Source: an uncultured Phycisphaerales bacterium (lineage in GTDB: Bacteria > Planctomycetota > Phycisphaerae > Tepidisphaerales > Tepidisphaeraceae). Taken from it: a stretch of DNA of 64,000 nucleotides. Every line of letters starts with the position of its first letter. Position 1 is the first letter of the stretch. Positions 59,283 through 64,000 of the stretch are shown piece by piece. The notes under the pieces are model-generated. The model saw nothing but the letters and a program-made list of their open reading frames with translations, did not search any database and had not been told where the DNA came from. The position numbers were made by a program, and so were the translations under genes. The stretch lies in assembly GCA_963758525.1 (NCBI GenBank), contig CAVWVQ010000003.1, positions 4,960,001 through 5,024,000 of the forward strand, given 5' to 3'.

Positions 59283-60005
59283 ATGAGCACGCATACCGTT
59301 CTTGTTATTGAAGACGAAAAGGATCTGCGCGCCCTGTTGCAGAGGTGCCTGGAACAGGAGGGGTTCGACGTGATCGTCGCGACCGGCGGTGTTTCGGGCC
59401 TCCGAATCGCGAAAGAGCATCGCCCCGATCTGGTCCTGCTTGACATCAACATGCCCGGCCTCGATGGTTTGCAGGTCTGCCGGGAACTTCGCTCCGCACC
59501 ACGACATGCCGACCTGCCCATCCTGTTTCTCTCGGCTCGGGCCAGCGGCGCGGATCGTGTGATGGGACTTGAACTGGGCGCCGACGACTACCTTGTCAAG
59601 CCATTCCTGCCCCGTGAGCTGGTGGCACGAGTGCATGCGATCCTGCGCCGCACAGCTGATCGGAGGGACAAGCCTGCCATCATTTGCAGCGGCGATCTTG
59701 TCATCAATCTCCATGCCCACCAGGTGACTTACCGACGCCAACAGGTGCCCGTGACGGCAGCGGAGTTCGCGATCCTGGAGTTGCTGGCGTCCCATCCGGG
59801 TCGCGTCTTCTCGCGCGATGAAATCATAGAGGCCGCGCCGCGAAACGATGCGGTGACTGCCCGCACTGTCGACGCTCACATCGTTGGTATTCGTAAAGCG
59901 CTGGGGACAGCGGCGGCCTACATCGAGACGGTGCGCAGCGTCGGTTATCGCTTTCGATCAACCGATCTTGGAATTAATCCCTTGGGGCGGCTGCCTGGAA
60001 GATGA
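59283..60005 (+). CDS. OmpR/PhoB-family response regulator
   Basis: VLVIEDE, LLDINMP, GADDYLVKPF; winged helix RTVDAHI..IR and IETVRSVGYRF. Confidence 0.95.
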   Translation: MSTHTVLVIEDEKDLRALLQRCLEQEGFDVIVATGGVSGLRIAKEHRPDLVLLDINMPGLDGLQVCRELRSAPRHADLPILFLSARASGADRVMGLELGADDYLVKPFLPRELVARVHAILRRTADRRDKPAIICSGDLVINLHAHQVTYRRQQVPVTAAEFAILELLASHPGRVFSRDEIIEAAPRNDAVTARTVDAHIVGIRKALGTAAAYIETVRSVGYRFRSTDLGINPLGRLPGR

Positions 60006-60332
60006 CAATCAATTCAGAAGACTTTCCGCGCGGCCTGGGAAAAAGGTAACACTCAAGGAATGACCGACACTCGTGAAGCCCTTTTGCGAGACCAAGAAGC
60101 CGTATCAAAGGCTCTTGACGGAACACATCAAGGAGTTGAAAAGCCGGGAAGGTCCTCAATTGTTAACCGATCGTGAAAGGCGTGCCGAAATGCGTCAGTC
60201 CCAGCTCCTTCTCGATTGCTTTTGCAACATCTTGGCGGCTATATGCTGAACAATCGGGCGCCCGACTGAGAGGTGCGGCGGCTGAGAATTCATCCGCCCG
60301 CGCGCCAAACGGTATCACGAGGAGCCGGTTTA

Positions 60333-63300
60333 ATGGGTCTTATCAAGTTCGTGCTGCGGCGCCCATACACGGTCGCCGCCATGATCATCCTGGTTTGTCT
60401 GCTCGGGATCGGTGCGGCCCTGCGCATGCCGACCGACATCTTCCCCGAGATCAATATTCCCGTTGTATGCGTCGTGTGGACTTACAACGGCATGAGCGCG
60501 GACGAAATGCAGAACCGAATCGTCGCTCTGCATGAGCGTCAACTCGCGTCGCTGGTGGACGACATCGAAAGGATCGAGGCCAACAGTTACCAGGGAGTCG
60601 GTGTCGTCAAGGTCTACCTTCACGAAGGCGCGGACGTCAGTCGTGCGGTTTCGCAGTTGGCAAGCAGCTCGCTGGTTGTGCTCAAGTACATGCCTCGCAA
60701 CATCACGCCGCCGTTGATTCTGCGGTATGGGGCAACCGATGTTCCGATCATCCAATTAAGCGTGTCGAGCAGCTCGCTATCTGACACCCGACTCAACGAT
60801 CTCGGGCAGAACATCATCCGGCCCGATCTGGCGGTGGTGCGCGGAGCTTCAGTTCCCTACCCGTATGGCGGCAAGCCGCGCGTCATCATGGTCGACCTCA
60901 ACCAGCAGGCGCTGCAGGCGCGCGGCCTTTCGCCAGTCGACGTGAGCGAGGCGCTGCAGCGGCAGAACGTCATTCTTCCTTCAGGGGATGTGAAGCTGGG
61001 CGACCGCGACTACGCCGTCTCGATGAACAACAGTCCCAACGTCATTGACGCGGTCAACCAGTTCCCGATCAAAGAAGTTGGCGGGAAGCTGGTCTTCATT
61101 CAGGATGTGGCCCACGTCCATGACGGGTACCAGGTCCAGACCAATTCGGTAACCGTGGGTGGTTTGCCCGGCAGCTTAATGATGGTGCGCAAGACCGGCG
61201 GAGTTTCGACCCTCGCAGTCGTCAAGGGTGTCCGCGCGGCAATTCCCGAACTCAAGAAGCTCCTGCCCGCCGGCGTCAGCGTCAAAGCGATCTTCGACCA
61301 GTCCATTTTCGTGAAGGCGGCGCTCAACGGCGTGCTCATGGGCGGGACGATTGCCGCAGTCCTTACTGGGCTGATGATTCTCTTGTTTCTGGGCGACTGG
61401 CGGCTGACGCTGATCATTCTCGCGTCGATTCCCCTCTCGATCGTCGCGGCGCTGCTCATCATGTATTGCGTGGGGCAGACGCTCAACACCATGACGCTGG
61501 GCGGATTTGCCCTGGCCGTCGGCATCCTCGTGGACAACGCAACCGTCGTCATCGAAAACATCGATCGCCATCTTCACGGTGGCGAGGAACTTGAGGATGC
61601 CATCGTTAGCGGCGGGTCGGAAATCATGACGCCGACGATACTCTCGACGCTCGCCATCTGCATCGTCTTCATCCCGGTCTTCCTGCTGCAGGGGACGGCA
61701 CATTACCTCTTTTCCCCGTTGTCGCTGTCAGTCTGCACGGCTCTGGTCGCGAGCCTGGCGCTGTCATTTACTCTCGTGCCGGTCATGTTTAAGTTTCTCA
61801 TGCGCCGGGCCGTGGAGAAGCGAGCGCATTCCAACTGGCAGCGCAAAGTGAAGGAGCGTGCGCCGCATCGGGCCAACCGTCGCACGTGGTGGAGCAGGCC
61901 GTTTGCAGCAATCCACTATGGTTTCGAAAAAAGCTTCAACAGCTTTCGCAGGAAATACCGCAACGTGCTGGCATGGGCCGTCGATCGGCCGGCCCTGACC
62001 AGCGTCTTCTTTGTCGCTCTGATGGTAATTTCCCTCTTGCTCTTCCCGATCCTGGGAATGGATTTCTTTCCGCAGGTCGACGCCGGCCAGATGCGCCTCC
62101 ATGTCCGGCGCCGCCGGGCACGCGCCTCGAGAAAACGCAGGAGGATTTTGCGAGAGTCGAATCGAGTATTCGGCAGATCGTCGGCGACAACCAGGTTGAC
62201 GTCGTCCTGGACAACATCGGGCTTCCGTACAGCGGCATCAACATCGCGCTGAGCGATGCCGCCACTGTCGGTCCAATGGACGGCGAGATTCTGATCTCGC
62301 TCAAGGAGAAGCACACTCCGACCGCCGGCCACGTCGCGGATCTGCGCCGCGAGTTGCCCAAGCGCTTCCCGGAAATGCAGTTCTTTTTCCAGCCGGCCGA
62401 CATCGTGAACCAGGTGCTGAACTTCGGTCAGCCCGCTCCGATCGACATTCGCGTGACCGGTCCCAAAAACGATCAGGCCTATGCTCTGGCCAGCAAGATC
62501 ACCCGCGACCTCAAGGCTGTTCCGGGCGTAGTCGACGCTCACGTCTTTCAGGTGCCCGACGCGCCTTCAATGAGGATCGACGTCGACCGCGCGTTCGCGC
62601 AATACCTGGACCTCAGCCAGCAGAACGCAGCCAACAGCCTGCTGGTGGCGCTGAATTCCAGCGCCAGACGGCTCCAAACTTCTGGCTCAACTCGCGCAAC
62701 AGCGTGAGCTATCCGCTGGTGGTGCAGACGCCGACCTATCGCATCCGGTCCATGGAGGATTTGCGGACGCTGCCCCTGCCGACGCCCAACGGGCAGGGTC
62801 AACTCCTCATGAACATCGCCCAGTTCAGCCGCGGCAGAGTTCCGATGATCATGTCGCAGTTGAACATCCGGCCGGTGTTCGATGTGAATGCCGACGTTCA
62901 AGGCCGTGACCTCAAGAGCGCGGCCGACGCAATCCAGAACGTGCTCGACAAGGACCGGCCCACCGATGCATCGGCGATGAAAGTGACTCTCGCCGGCCAG
63001 GTGGAGACGATGCGGGAGAGCTTCGACGGCCTCTTCTCGGGGATGGCGCTGGCGGTGGTACTGGTCTTCCTTCTGATGGTGATGTACTTCCAGAGCTGGC
63101 TCGATCCGTTGATCGTGCTGATGGCGGTGCCGTTCGCGTTGGCGGGGGTATGCTGGATGCTCTATTTGACAAACACTCACATCAGCGTGCCCGCCCTTAT
63201 GGGAACGCTGATGTGCATCGGGCTCACCACCGCCAACAGCATTCTGGTGGTAACGTTCGCCAATCAGCGGATGGGGGCGGGAGACAGCCCGCTGACGGCT

Positions 63301-63549
63301 GCGGTCGCGGCGGGGTACACTCGTTTGCGCCCGGTGCTCATGACTGCCGGCGCCATGATCCTCGGAATGATTCCAATGGCTCTGGGTGTCGGTGAAGGAG
63401 GGGAGCAGAACGCTCCGCTTGCCCGCGCGGTCATCGGAGGACTGCTGTTCGCGACGTTCGCCACGCTGATTTTTGTGCCGGCTATGTACCGGCTCATGCG
63501 GCGACCCAATGTGCCCGGTCCGGAGGAGACGACTCGTGCAATCGCCTGA
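60333..63549 (+). CDS. RND efflux permease (AcrB/CzcA-like family); frameshifts near 62110 and 62665
   Basis: DIFPEINIPVV, LNTMTLGGFALAVGILVDNATVVIENI, FFPQVDAGQ, RLRPVLMTA.AMILGMIPMAL. Three ORFs join. Confidence 0.9.
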
Positions 63550-64000
63550 AATCGATAATCCGCGCGACACCGGGGCCGCCGCTGACGGCGGCGTCGCGGG
63601 CGCTCCTCGTGCGCGATCGGAGCCCCAATGGCATCATGTTCCCGTGAACTACGATACGAAGACGGGGCGATTTCTGGCGATCGCCGCCGGCGTCCTGGCG
63701 ATGGTGCTCGTCATTGCATTTTTCCTGATGCACCACCGCCGAAGCCGTCAGGAGGCTTCGCTGCGCGAAGAGACCGCCGGCGCCGAGTCGGCGCCTCCCG
63801 TCGTTGACGTCGTAACCGTCAAACGCGCCGCATCCATGCAGTCTGTGAGTCTTCCCGGCGAGACCAGGGCCTGGTACGAATCGACGATCTACGCGCGGGT
63901 CAGCGGCTACATCGACAAGTGGTTTGTCGACATTGGGGACAGGGTGAGCAAGGGAAAGGTGCTTGCAACCATCGATACTCCGGAGCTCGACGCGCAGCTT
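63536..64000 (+). CDS. RND periplasmic adaptor (membrane fusion protein), 3'-truncated by window
   Basis: Not in the ORF track. GGAGGAG precedes GTG 63536; my manual translation gives a TM helix then LPGETRAWYESTIYARVSGYIDKWFVDIGDRVSKGKVLATIDTPELDAQL. Confidence 0.88.
   Translation, partial: MQSPEIDNPRDTGAAADGGVAGAPRARSEPQWHHVPVNYDTKTGRFLAIAAGVLAMVLVIAFFLMHHRRSRQEASLREETAGAESAPPVVDVVTVKRAASMQSVSLPGETRAWYESTIYARVSGYIDKWFVDIGDRVSKGKVLATIDTPELDAQL

Noticed and set aside
600..62700. About two dozen frameshifts as programmed frameshifting, phase variation or mass pseudogenisation
   Set aside because: They are mostly single-base indels in short G/C runs with no accompanying nonsense codons, and they also hit the RND pump, porin and sulfotransferase. 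Sequencing error is the simplest explanation; read polishing would decide.
470..63570. Long minus-strand and alternate-frame ORFs (e.g. 470..1900, 14522..16078, 28726..30225, 52861..54264, 55027..56316)
   Set aside because: They are shadows of GC-rich, repetitive + strand genes and have no recognisable motifs.
1..64000. tRNA, rRNA, transposase or integrase genes
   Set aside because: None recognised by eye. A covariance-model search was not possible.

Overview
GC-rich bacterial DNA, most likely from a planctomycete: eleven ORFs carry the basic N-terminus plus E-x-L-E-x-R-x-L export signature of Planctomycetes. Every credible gene is on the + strand. About two dozen single-base frameshifts, which also hit ordinary transporter genes, look like long-read indel errors, so many genes are reported as joined ORFs. 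Bases 1-48,291 hold a tandem array of 12 paralogous large secreted adhesin-like proteins built from shuffled modules: CSLREA-like cap, GG[A/G]I beta-helix or polyglycine repeats, choice-of-anchor-Q-like domain, FN3-like domain, putative-Ig domain and Ig-like group 3 repeats, with one leishmanolysin-like zinc protease head. Two tandem LuxR-type regulators and a TPR-sulfotransferase are embedded in the array. The array shows an AB-AB duplication, module exchange between genes, a roughly 70-aa phage-tail-like insert present 12 times, and a 170-bp inverted-repeat element with an apparent empty site. Bases 48,483-54,822 hold the best candidate for an undescribed system: two CesT/YbjN-like lipoproteins ending G(n)NPFQ, a lipoprotein CspA-like subtilase and a signal-peptide caspase-family protease. 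All four carry [S/T/A/V]R-[G/D]-hydrophobic motifs in their linkers, suggesting an extracytoplasmic Arg-specific protease cascade. The rest is an acyltransferase, a porin, a two-component pair and an RND pump. All family assignments are by motif recognition only; no database search was run.
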